Below, piece after piece: positions 13,001 through 23,916 of a stretch of 64,000 nt of DNA; positions within the stretch are counted from its first letter, which is position 1; the number at the start of each line of letters is the position of its first letter. The translations under genes were made by a program, and so were the position numbers. The notes beneath the pieces were generated by a model. The model was not told the DNA's origin, did not search any database, and was given only the letters and a program-made list of their open reading frames with translations. Origin of the DNA: Balanoglossus misakiensis (Eukaryota; Animalia; Hemichordata); the NCBI GenBank assembly GCA_040954595.2, contig CM082580.2, forward strand, positions 11,732,909-11,796,908. Reading direction: 5' to 3'.

Positions 13001-15604
13001 TATAGCTCAGGAAATCGTCAAAAAATGACAATTTTTTTACTTTGCGGAAAATCAAAATTTGGCCGATTTTTGAAGAAAACCATGGGTTATAGCTCAGGAA
13101 ATCATCAAAAAATGACAATTTTTCGACTTTGCGGAAAATCAAAATTTGGCCGATTTTTGAAAAAAAACATGGGTTATAGCTCAGGAAATCGTCAAAAAAT
13201 GACAATTTTTTGACTTTGCGGAAAATCAAAATTTGGCCGATTTTTTAAAAAAAACATGGGTTATAGCTCAGGAAATCATCAAAAAATGACAATTTTTCGA
13301 CTTTGCGGAAAATCAAAATTTGGCCGACTTTTGAAAAAAACCATGGGTTATAGCTCAGGAAATCATCAAAAAATGACAATTTTTCGACTTTGCGGAAAAT
13401 CAAAATTTGGCCGATTTTTGAAAAAAACCATGGGTTATAGCTCAGGAAATCATCAAAAAATGACAATTTTTCGACTTTGCGGAAAATCAAAATTTGGCCG
13501 ATTTTTGAAAAAAACCATGGGTTATAGCTCAGGAAATCATCAAAAAATGACAATTTTTTTACTTTGCGGAAAATCAAAATTTGGCCGATTTTTGAAGAAA
13601 ACCATGGGTTATAGCTCAGGAAATCATCAAAAAATGACAATTTTTCGACTTAGCGGAAAATCAAAATTTGGCCGATTTTTGAAAAAAACCATGGGTTATA
13701 GCTCAGGAAATCATCAAAAAATGACAATTTTTCGACTTTGCGGAAAATCAAAATTTGGCCGATTTTTGAAAAAAACCATGGGTTATAGCTCAGGAAATCA
13801 TCAAAAAATGACAATTTTTTGACTTTGCGGAAAATCCAAATTTGGCCGATTTTTGAAAAAAACCATGGGTTATAGCTCAGGAAATCATCAAAAAATGACA
13901 ATTTTTCGACTTTGCGGAAAATCAAAATTTGGCCGATTTTTGAAAAAAAACATGGGTTATAGCTCAGGAAATCATCAAAAAATGACAATTTTTCGACTTT
14001 GCGGAAAATCAAAATTTGGCCGATTTTTGAAAAAAACCATGGGTTATAGCTCAGGAAATCATCAAAAAATTACAATTTTTCGACTTTGCGGAAAATCAAA
14101 ATTTGGCCGATTTTTGAAAAAAACCATGGGTTATAGCTCAGGAAATCATCAAAAAATGACAATTTTTCGACTTTGCGGAAAATCAAAATTTGGCCGATTT
14201 TTGAAAAAAACCATGGGTTATAGCTCAGGAAATCATCAAAAAATGACAATTTTTCGACTTTGCGGAAAATCAAAATTTGGCCGATTTTTGAAAAAAACCA
14301 TGGGTTATAGCTCAGGAAATCATCAAAAAATGACAATTTTTCGACTTTGCGGAAAATCAAAATTTGGACGATTTTTGAAAAAAACCATGGGTTATAGCTC
14401 AGGAAATCATCCAAAAATGACAATTTTTCGACTTTGCGGAAAATCAAAATTTGGCCGATTTTTGAAAAAAACCATGGGTTATAGCTCAGGAAATCATCAA
14501 AAAATGACAATTTTTCGACTTTGCGAAATCTGAAAATTTCGTCGATTTTTGAAAAAATCATGGGTTATAGCTCATGAAAATCATCAAAAAATGACAATTT
14601 TTCGACTTTGCGAAATCTGAAAATTTCGTCGATTTTTGAAAAAATCATGGGTTATAGCTCATGAAAATCATCAAAAAATGACAATTTTTTTACTTTGCGG
14701 AAAATCAAAATTTGGCCGATTTTTGAAGAAAACCATGGGTTATAGCTCGGGAAATCATCAAAAAATGACAATTTTTCGACTTAGCGGAAAATCAAAATTT
14801 GGCCGATTTTTGAAAAAAACCATGGGTTATAGCTCAGGAAATCATCAAAAAATGACAATTTTTCGACTTTGCGGAAAATCAAAATTTGGCCGATTTTTGA
14901 AAAAAAACATGGGTTATAGCTCAGGAAATCATCAAAAAATGACAATTTTTCGACTTTGCGGAAAATCAAAATTTGGCCGATTTTTGAAAAAAACCATGGG
15001 TTATAGCTCAGGAAATCATCAAAAAATGACAATTTTTCGACTTTGCGGAAAATCAAAATTTGGCCGATTTTTGAAAAAAACCATGGGTTATAGCTCAGGA
15101 AATCATCAAAAAATGACAATTTTTCGACTTTGCGGAAAATCAAAATTTGGCCGATTTTTGAAAAAAATCATGGGTTATAGCTCAGGAAATCATCAAAAAA
15201 TGACAATTTTTCGACTTTGCGGAAAATCAAAATTTGGCCGATTTTTGAAAAAAATCATGGGTTATAGCTCAGGAAATCATCAAAAAATGATAATTTTTCG
15301 ACTTTGCGGAAAATCAAAATTTGGCCGATTTTTGAAAATAACCATGGGTTATAGCTCAGGAAATCATCAAAAAATGACAATTTTTCGACTTTGCGGAAAA
15401 TCAAAATTTGGCCGATTTTTGAAAAAAACCATGGGTTATAGCTCAGGAAATCATCAAAAAACGACAATTTTTCGACTTTGCGGAAAATCAAAATTTGGCC
15501 GATTTTTGAAAAAAAACCATGGGTTATAGCTCAGGAAATCATCAAAAAACGACAATTTTTCGACTTTGCGGAAAATCAAAATTTGGCCGATTTTTTGAAA
15601 AAAT
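4021..15604 (+). repeat. Homogeneous satellite core, family B (~130 monomers, with family-C pairs at ~12610-12730 and ~14525-14645)
   Basis: Unit catgggttatagctcaggaaatcatcaaaaaatgacaatttttcgactttgcggaaaatcaaaatttggccgatttttgaaaaaaac; copies are near-identical. Confidence 0.97.
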
Positions 15605-15777
15605 CATGGGTTATAGCTCATGAAAATCATCAAAAATGACAATTTTTCGACTTTGCGAAATCTGAAAATTTCGTCGATTTTTGAAAAAATCATGGGTTAT
15701 AGCTCATGAAAATCATCAAAAAATGACAGTTTTTCGACTTTGCGAAATCTGAAAATTTCGTCGATTTTTGAAAAAAG

Positions 15778-17230
15778 CATGGGTTATAGCTCATGAAAAT
15801 CATCAAAAAATGACAAGATCTGGACTTTCATAATTTTTGTGATTTTGTCACTTCTGGACGTTTTTCATGGGCTATAGCTCATGAAAAGTGTCAAAAATGA
15901 CAAGTTCTGGACTTTCGGAATTTTTGTGATTTTGTCACTTCTGGACGTTTTTCATGGGTTATAGCTCATGAAAAGTGTCAAAAATGACAAGTTCTCGACT
16001 TTCGGAATTTTTGTGATTTTGTCACTTCTGGACGTTTTTCATGGGTTATAGCTCATGAAATTGTCAAAAATGACAAGTTCTCGACTTTCGGAATTTTTGT
16101 GATTTTGTCTCTTCTGGACGTTTTTCATGGGTTATAGCTCATGAAATTGTCAAAAATGACAAGTTCTCGACTTTCGGAATTTTGGTGATTTTGTCACTTC
16201 TGGACGTTTTTCATGTGTTATAGCTCATGAAATTGTCAAAAATGACAAGTTCTCGACTTTCGGAATTTTGGTGATTTTTGTCACTTCTGGACGTTTTTCA
16301 TGGGTTATAGCTCATGATATTGTCAAAAATGACAAGTTCTCGACTTTCGGAATTTTGGTGATTTTGTCACTTCTGGACGTTTTTCATGGGTTATAGCTCA
16401 TGAAATTGTCAAAAATGACAAGTTCTCGACTTTCGGAATTTTTGTGATTTTGTCACTTCTGGACATTTTTCATGGGTTATAGCTCATGAAATTGTCAAAA
16501 ATGACAAGTTCTCGACTTTCGGAATTTTGGTGATTTTGTCACTTCTGGACATTTTTCATGGGTTATAGCTCATGAAATTGTCAAAAATGACAAGTTCTCG
16601 ACTTTCGGAATTTTGGTGATTTTGTCACTTCTGGACGTTTTTCATGGGTTATAGCTCATGAAATTGTCAAAAATGACAAGTTCTCGACTTTCGGAATTTT
16701 TGTGATTTTGTCACTTCTGGACGTTTTTCATGGGTTATAGCCCATGAAATTGTCAAAAATGACAAGTTCTCGACTTTCGGAATTTTTGTTATTTTGTCAC
16801 TTCTGGACGTTTTTCATGGGTTATAGCTCATGAAATTGTCAAAAATGACAAGTTCTCGACTTTCAGAATTTTGGTGATTTTGTCACTTCTGAACGTTTTT
16901 CATGGGTTATAGCTCATGAAAAGTGTCAAAAATGACAAGTTCTCGACTTTCGGAATTTTGGTGATTTTGTCACTTCTGGACGTTTTTCATGGGTTATAGC
17001 TCATGAAATTGTCAAAAATGACAAGTTCTCGACTTTCGGAATTTTGGTGATTTTGTCACTTCTGGACGTTTTTCATGGGTTATAGCTCATGAAAAGTGCC
17101 AAAATGACAAGTTCTCGACGTTTTGGATTTTGGTGATTTTGTCACTTCTGGACATTTTTCATGGGTTATAGCTCATGAAATTGCCAAAAATGACAAGTTC
17201 TTGACTTCCGGAATTTTGGTTATTTTGTCC
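15778..17230 (+). repeat. Right outer satellite layer, family A (~16 monomers)
   Basis: Same unit and orientation as 2737-3932. Starts with a C/A hybrid monomer and decays at the distal end. Confidence 0.95.
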
Positions 17231-18048
17231 CACATTAACTGGCCGACCTATGAACTTACCCGTTTCAATTATCTCAGCATCAAGGCAGTGTTGGAGTAAT
17301 AAAATGACACAGACACAAGTATTTCATTTTAATCTTGTTCATTGAAAATTTTAATTTCAAAGTTTTGAAACCATAAACAAAAGAAAATACATGTACACAG
17401 TTTTATTTGTAAACTTACAAAAAGAAAAGAAAACAATGCTGATATTCATAAATACTGGAATACAACAAGCAGATCATTTAGGTAAATTTTCTTTAGAACA
17501 AATTTGTTGCTGGATACCATCTGGTCTTTGCACCTGCAAAACAAGCAATGTAGAAATTAATGTCTTTAATATTCATGAACTCGAAACAAAGCATGGTCAA
17601 CCCCTGTACGCCAATTGCTGTTCATTCGCAGATGGTACATCATGGAAATTCTGTATAGTCTGAAATTTCACTATTTGGCAACGTAGTTGTATCCATATAA
17701 GCTCATAATTGTAACGAGTTAAACCGACAGCGCCTGAATATTGTGGACAAACACACCACACCCCCACATGTCTTATGTATTGTCTCCGTCAATGCTTCAA
17801 TTTCCTTTCCCACAATTCTTACCTCCCTATGTCATGCAGTCATCTCTGGACATCAATCACACAGGCTGGCAATCATCTCAGCATCATCTATGGGATCCCT
17901 GGAATAAATAAAGAGTGTAAATGAAAAGTCTCCTACAAAGATGTCTACACTGTCTGGCAATTTTCTTGGCCACCCGAAAGGGGGGCTTTGTTGTCTATAT
18001 TGCTTGCTCAACATTGCTTGAAACCTCTGGCCTTCGTTCGGCCACTGA

Positions 18049-18530
18049 CATACCTGCCCTTTACTTCACCCAAATATACTGCTGCATGGCGAAGAAGACT
18101 TGTTTCTTGGGTCACAGCTTGGTTGATGAATACCATCAGTTGATCTCGTCTCTGGATCTGCAAAACAAGCAAATGAAAGTGAATGACTAATATTCATGAT
18201 CGTTCAGCCATGGAACATACCTGCCCTTTACCTCACCTAAATATACTGCTGCATGGCGAAGAAAACTTGTTACTTGGGTCACAGCTTGGTTGATGAATAC
18301 CACCATCAGTTGATCTCGTCTCTGGATCTGCAAAACAAGCAAATGAAAGTGAATGACTAATATTCATGATTGTTCAGCCATAGAACATTCCAGCCCTTTA
18401 CCTCACCCAGCTATACCGCCGCATGGCGAAAATAACTAGTCATTTAAGCCCCAAGCATGGTTGATGAATACCCTTCATCAGTTGATCTCGTCTCTGCATC
18501 TGCAAAAAAAAGCAAATGAAGTGAATGTCT
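18049..18530. repeat. ~168-bp tandem repeat, 3 copies, each an exon+intron cassette on the minus strand
   Basis: catacctgccctttac...tggttgatgaatacc...catcagttgatctcgtctctggatctgcaaaacaagcaaatgaaagtgaatg at ~18049, ~18216 and ~18386. Confidence 0.9.
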
Positions 18531-18723
18531 ATAATAGGAAAACGTCAAAAGTCTACAAATCTGAAAAATAAAATTCGCGAAGATGGGTGCAAAATAAACC
18601 ACTCGGGTTATGCCAGTATGTTTCGATAAAGTTTTATTGATTGAAGTTGTGGTAAATATACCTGAAAAGTAAATAACATTTCACCATAAAAACAGACTAA
18701 CAGACATACAGACATACACACAG

Positions 18724-19563
18724 TATTTTTTTATTGAATAATGACGAAAGATCACAAATCTCAAAAAACCTGTATTAACTATATACGTGAGGGTGAAGAT
18801 GATCGGTACGGAAATAAACCACTCTCAGATTTATCAATACACGTATGTTTTTAATATTTTTTTATTGAATAATGACGAAAGATAACATATCTAAAAAACC
18901 TGTATTAACTATATACGTGAGGGGGAAGATGATCGGTACGGAAATAAACCACTCTCAGTTTTATCAATACACGTATGTTTTTAATATTTTTTATTGAATA
19001 ATGACGAAAGATAACATATCTAAAAAACCTGTATTAACTATATACGTGAGGGGGAAGATGATCGGTACGGAAATAAACCACTCTCAGTTTTATCAATACA
19101 CGTATGTTTTTAATATTTTTTATTGAATAATGACGAAAGATAACATATCTAAAAAACCTGTATTAACTATATACGTGAGGAGGAAGATGATCGGTACGGA
19201 AATAAACCACTCTCAGTTTTATCAATACACGTATGTTTTTAATATTTTTTTATTGAATAATGACGAAAGATAACATATCTAAAAAAACCTGTATTAACTA
19301 TATACGCGAGGGGAAGATGATCGGTACGGAAATAAACCACTCTCAGATTTATCAATACACGTATGTTTTTAATATTTTTTTATTGAATAATGACGAAAGA
19401 TAACATATCTAAAAAACCTGTATTAACTATATACGTGAGGGGGAAGATGATCGGTACGGAAATAAACCACTCCAAGTATTATGAGTGCGTGTATGTTTTT
19501 AATATTTTTTATTGAATAATGATGAAAGATAACATGTCTGAAAAAAACGCGTATTAATTATAT
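18724..19563. repeat. ~130-bp tandem repeat, ~6.5 copies, preceded by an (ACAGACAT)-like microsatellite and one degenerate copy
   Basis: attgaataatga at 18733, 18864, 18993, 19122, 19252, 19382 and 19511; acagactaacagacatacagacatacacacag at ~18692-18723. Confidence 0.93.
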
Positions 19564-20936
19564 TAAACCAACCGTCTAAGGGATGGGACCCACCCGCACC
19601 GGGGATTTTATTTATGTCTATATAACTTACTTGTTACGAAACTTCATCCACTGGTCTTCATTCAGCCATGGAACATACAAACGCTCACCTCATTGTAGGC
19701 TAGTTGCATGGCCCAAATATACCGTACAACTTACCGTACACGCATGCACACACGCATTCACAACAACGAGCACCTTTCGAAGCATTCAAAGCCGATGAAC
19801 AAGTTGGTGCCGTAACAAAATTGACCCATACACCGAGCATGTAGTCATGTTGGCTTCAAAATTTTAAAATGACATCCACATATAGCATCCGCATTGTTGC
19901 ATTCTTCAGATTTGTGCAAAATCGGTTCGCTGAACTGGCTACCGGCACCAGTCAGAATCGTTAAAAGTTCTTAAAAAATTGCCCAAAAAACTTGGCTAAT
20001 ACCGCTTACTCTGACATCATGCTTGTACAACATCATAGCATCCACGCCGAACGTACACAATCAGTTCATCCGGGCCTGCAAAAGGTAAGGAAACAAATTG
20101 AATGCCTGTCCATGAACACGAAACCAAATAAATATAAACCGTGATCACCGTACGCAAAACTGGTGTCCATTCGCATATTGTACATCATCCACGAAGACAA
20201 TTTTAGGGCTTCACTCAATGACAGACAAATAGCCTAAAACCTCAGCCTGGCACTTTCCACATTAACATATTCTCAAGTTCAGGCCCACGACCAAGCGGAA
20301 CAAATTAAACTTCGACAAACATTTTTTGGTTAAGACTTGACGGACACGCAAAAAAAACTGTTCCCAATGAAACGCTTTAAAGCTTATTTTACCATTGTCT
20401 GGTAGTATAACACAAAACTTGCATTCGCTCACACTCGAAAACACGCTGACTACACGTGAACCCGCTGTCAATTGGTCGGACCCGCTACCAATTCATTGTA
20501 GCCCCCTTGCCCTTTCCCGAAAAACTACCTCGTTTTATGTATAAAAAAAACAACGCCCCCCAGTAGAGCTATAACACTGACTTGTCTTAAATTTAATAAA
20601 CCGTACATTTCAAGTTGAGGAAGGGTGGAATTTGTGAATGAAAACGCAGGGAAGCTCTGACTCGAGCTGTCTGACGGTGATGCATCCAAATTTTCAATTC
20701 TATGGTGTGCACGTCTGGCTTTTTATTTGTCCGTAATTCACCACAGAATAACCCATGTTTCTGGTCAAAAATGGAGTAACTATGTCTACTTCTGTTACTT
20801 TACTTACCGCTGTCGTCATGAAAACTATCCAGCGGAGAAACTCTGTTTTGGGACAGAGTTTTCCGCATCCTCTCCGCAACACGTCCTACATGCACAAGCG
20901 TGGCCGTCACTTATGAAAATGCACGGAAGGCTAGAC

Positions 20937-21300
20937 GGAAATTTCCAAGTGGAGGTGGTCCAGGTGGCTCCAACCAATCAGCAGCGAAAACTTTGCTCTG
21001 ACGCGTCTCAAGTCACGTCACGTGACCCGTGTCAAAAGCGCTGACACATCTCGAGTAACATACGCATATCAACAGTAGTAGCAATGCAGATATTTCATGT
21101 TCTGCACATAAAGTGAAGTTAAAAACACACACACATAACGTACCAACATAACTGAAAATGCCTCGACTTTGTCATCAAAACTGACAAAGAACAGAAAACA
21201 ATCACGTGACCTTTCACACGAAACCACTCAATCAACGCATTCCATTCTGCGACACTGATAATTAACAGCGTAATCTGGCAATCACGTGGGGATGACGTCA
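20937..21300. promoter_or_regulatory. Motif-dense promoter region: NF-kB-like site, CCAAT, CLEAR/E-boxes, CRE
   Basis: GGAAATTTCC 20937-20946; CCAATCA ~20974; GTCACGTGAC 21017-21026; ATCACGTGAC 21201-21210; TCACGTG 21282; TGACGTCA 21293-21300. CpG-rich and just upstream of the ATG at 21505. Confidence 0.55.
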
Positions 21301-21504
21301 TTGCCCTGAAATAGAAAGCCCGTACCAGCAAGTATGGAGGAGACGACCAGTACAAAATCAAAGCGTTTTATTGGGAAACTGGCGTGATAGCTGAAACAGA
21401 AATTAATACAAGTCACAATCATTTGCCGAGCAGCCGAGACAGGAGCCATACTCAGCGGATACAAGACGGTTTCCACCAAGCTAGTTTCGTTACCAACACC
21501 AAAT

Positions 21505-23096
21505 ATGCCGGTAAGTGAAAGCAAAGTTTCCAAAATACAATAATTCAATGACTATTGAGAAATGATTCAGTCAGGAGCGTGAAAATAGTGAATTAGATTT
21601 TTAGTTCACAAATCTCGATTCCAGTGATTCCATTACTAACAACTCGAAATAATAAATATCATAGTTACAATCGACCGTTTGATAAAAAGAATGAAGGCGT
21701 CGTTTAACCCTTTTCAGTGACATTTTCGTATACAAAGTGAGGACATCTTTGATTTCCAATTATTGAATAGGGTTAAATCAAAGTTGATGCAAGTTTACAT
21801 GACGCATTCATCATGTAAATAATTTAATTATCCTTCCTGTACGGCGGTAAACGAAATTTGAATTTGTCCAATATTTTAATAGAATCAGGTCTCATACATG
21901 TGGTCATATCAGCACTGAACAGTTTACTGCGCCAAAAGGGTTTAGCTTAAAGTGAATCAGAGTAAAATTACATATATTTTGGAGGAAAAAATCTCCACGA
22001 AGGTGTCGCTACTGGGGTTTAAGAAGGCCTAAAGATACCGTAATGTCATGCCCCTGTACAGGCGATAATTTCACCTACCAGTCGTTCCAAGCAAATTATT
22101 CAAATTTTTTGTTTTCCATAAATTCCTTTTGAATTGCATTGTAATGATGGTACGGGAAGCCGGCCTATTGATTGCTTTGATACGGGTACTCTTGACTTTG
22201 GCAAAGTCACCTAGACGTAGTCATCTGTCGACCATAAAAAGTCGTCGCGAAGTCGTTCGACACTCGGGGTTTATAATTCCTCGTACACAAATTTAATCGT
22301 CCATCGGGTGACGACCTTGGTAAAATTGGATCATAAATTGTATGAAATCAATACGGTAAATGTTAAGAGCTTTTGGCATATTCGTTTCTTGGGGAGCAAT
22401 AATATCAGACCAACTTCCAACCAGGAGATGAAATCCACAGAATCTATAATGCACAAATATCAAGTGTTTATCTTCGTAGTTTTTTGTTTCTCGTTAACAG
22501 AGAGGACGTGGTCGAGTTGTTGTGGTGAGACCGGCGCGACCTGCTCCGGCCCGTCGTCTGATCGGCGCCGCTGCAACTGGTGTCATCGTCGGAGCTACTG
22601 CTGCCGCCGTAGCGAATTCTGCCACGACAAAATCTGCAACCGTGGTCGAAAGCGCACCACAGACACAAGTGGTCGTTCACGTCAATGTAAGTCCGGGACA
22701 TTGTATTTACTGACAGAGTATATGTGCTTTTTGCTGAAAGAGAGATTTGGTTATAGTGAAGAACTTGTGAGTGATCGTATGTGTTTTGCATTCGACGATA
22801 TCCCCATGGTATGTGAGCTTTTCTGATTGTCTTGATCACAGGAAACACCGACGACAACTCAAGCCCCAACGCAACAGCCTTACCAAGCAGCCTACCCGTA
22901 TCCACCCTATGGTTACTACCCACCGAATTACCCAGCGCCACCAACCGGTCAATATCCGCCGCCACCACCGGGCCAATATTACCCTCCGCCGGGACAGTAT
23001 TACCCCCCTCCGCCGATGCCGGTAGCGAATACCGCGCCCCCGACGTACGAAGAAGCTGGAGCGCCAAAGACAGAACCGTCAGTGACATCCACGTAG
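21505..23096 (+). CDS. Uncharacterised 148-aa Pro/Tyr-rich protein with an Ala/Gly hydrophobic segment and PPxY motif
   Basis: Exons 21505-21510 (ATGCCG|gtaagt), 22501-22686 and 22842-23096, all phase 0 with canonical sites: MPRGRGRVVVVRPARPAPARRLIGAAATGVIVGATAAAVANS...PYPPYGYYPPNYPAPPTGQYPPPPPGQYYPPPGQYYPPPP...APPTYEEAGAPKTEPSVTST*. AATAAA at 23147. Confidence 0.8.
21708..21772. mobile_element. piggyBac-type MITE (~65 bp)
   Basis: TTAA|CCCTTTTCAGT...ATTGAATAGGG|TTAA: imperfect TIRs with CCC/GGG ends and TTAA on both sides. Confidence 0.55.
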
Positions 23097-23916
23097 ATGC
23101 AGAATAATCAGTTAATAACTGGTTAAATGCGTCCAAATGATACCCCAATAAAATTTACTGAAGTAAACGTTCAAAGGAAATAGGTTATTGCGACTGTAAA
23201 ATTTGCATTAAGTGCTTATTTCTGAAACAGTCTCAACACATAAATTATACAGCTATCATTTTTATAATTATCATTTACCTAATTACCTCAAATATTGAGC
23301 GATTGATCTGTTCTTGCTGATTTAACCATGACCATGGGTGCTGTAAGCCATCACAATCGCATAGTGAATTTGTCTTTTTGGATTGGTCTTGCACAAGCTG
23401 TATAGGGTACTCTCTCCATTCCGGTACACCTGGTAAAAACACTTAGCAAATAGCCTACAGTTATAATTATATTGAAATGGTAATTTAACCTGTAATTTTC
23501 TTTGATATTTGTGTAGATTACCTTGAATTGATAATGACACGATGGCTCTGTTTCGAGTCGTATTATATGTCAGAACTCACCTGCGAGGGCGCTGTTAAAC
23601 AATGTATTGTTTTCATTCGGACTTGCATATCTCAATAAAATTTTCGTACAAGACGGTTACGCAAAAATACCAAATATGACGTAGTTGTGATTTGTATACA
23701 GCTTGAACTAGCTACACATGCTTTTGTTATTTTGCAGTTTCGGAGGAGTTTGGTTTCTTGACCTTGGCGTTCTGGGCGCTCGTGCAGTGTCCAAATATTA
23801 ACTGTACATGTGGCACTATTGACACCCGTTGGCCCTGAGGTTATGCAACCACAACCAGCTGCGTCTCAGCCAACCACGAGAACAGAATAATAAATGAGGT
23901 AGGGCCTATAATAATC

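Larger units (their letters stand above)
2737..17230 (+). repeat. 87-bp satellite array, ~165 head-to-tail monomers of three related families (A, B, C)
   Basis: CATGGGTTATAGCTCA recurs every 86-88 bp in one orientation from 2737 to ~17230. Confidence 0.98.
17330..20440 (-). ncRNA. Putative multi-exon non-coding transcript (lncRNA-like, possibly TE-derived)
   Basis: Minus-strand canonical exons at 20010-20075, 18221-18327, 18054-18157 and 17823-17898. Extra donors at 20392, 19688 and 19630; terminal acceptor at 17534; AATAAA at 17402-17407. No consistent long ORF found. Confidence 0.4.

Noticed and set aside
4011-15529. Long ORFs (up to 1084 aa) on both strands made of 29-aa repeats
   Set aside because: Artefact of an 87-bp stop-free monomer: both strands are open, homopolymer indels shift frames freely, and there is no unique start or end.
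2737-17230. CRISPR-like array (palindromic repeat plus spacer)
   Set aside because: The intervening sequences are near-identical rather than unique, there are no cas genes, and the context is eukaryotic.
18120-18500. C/D-box snoRNAs suggested by TGATGA in the 168-bp repeat
   Set aside because: The motif is antisense to the spliced unit and lies inside exons; no properly placed D box or terminal stem.
22308-23148. Cys-rich 172-aa (+) and 226-aa (-) ORFs
   Set aside because: Alternative-frame or antisense shadows of the spliced Pro/Tyr-rich gene.
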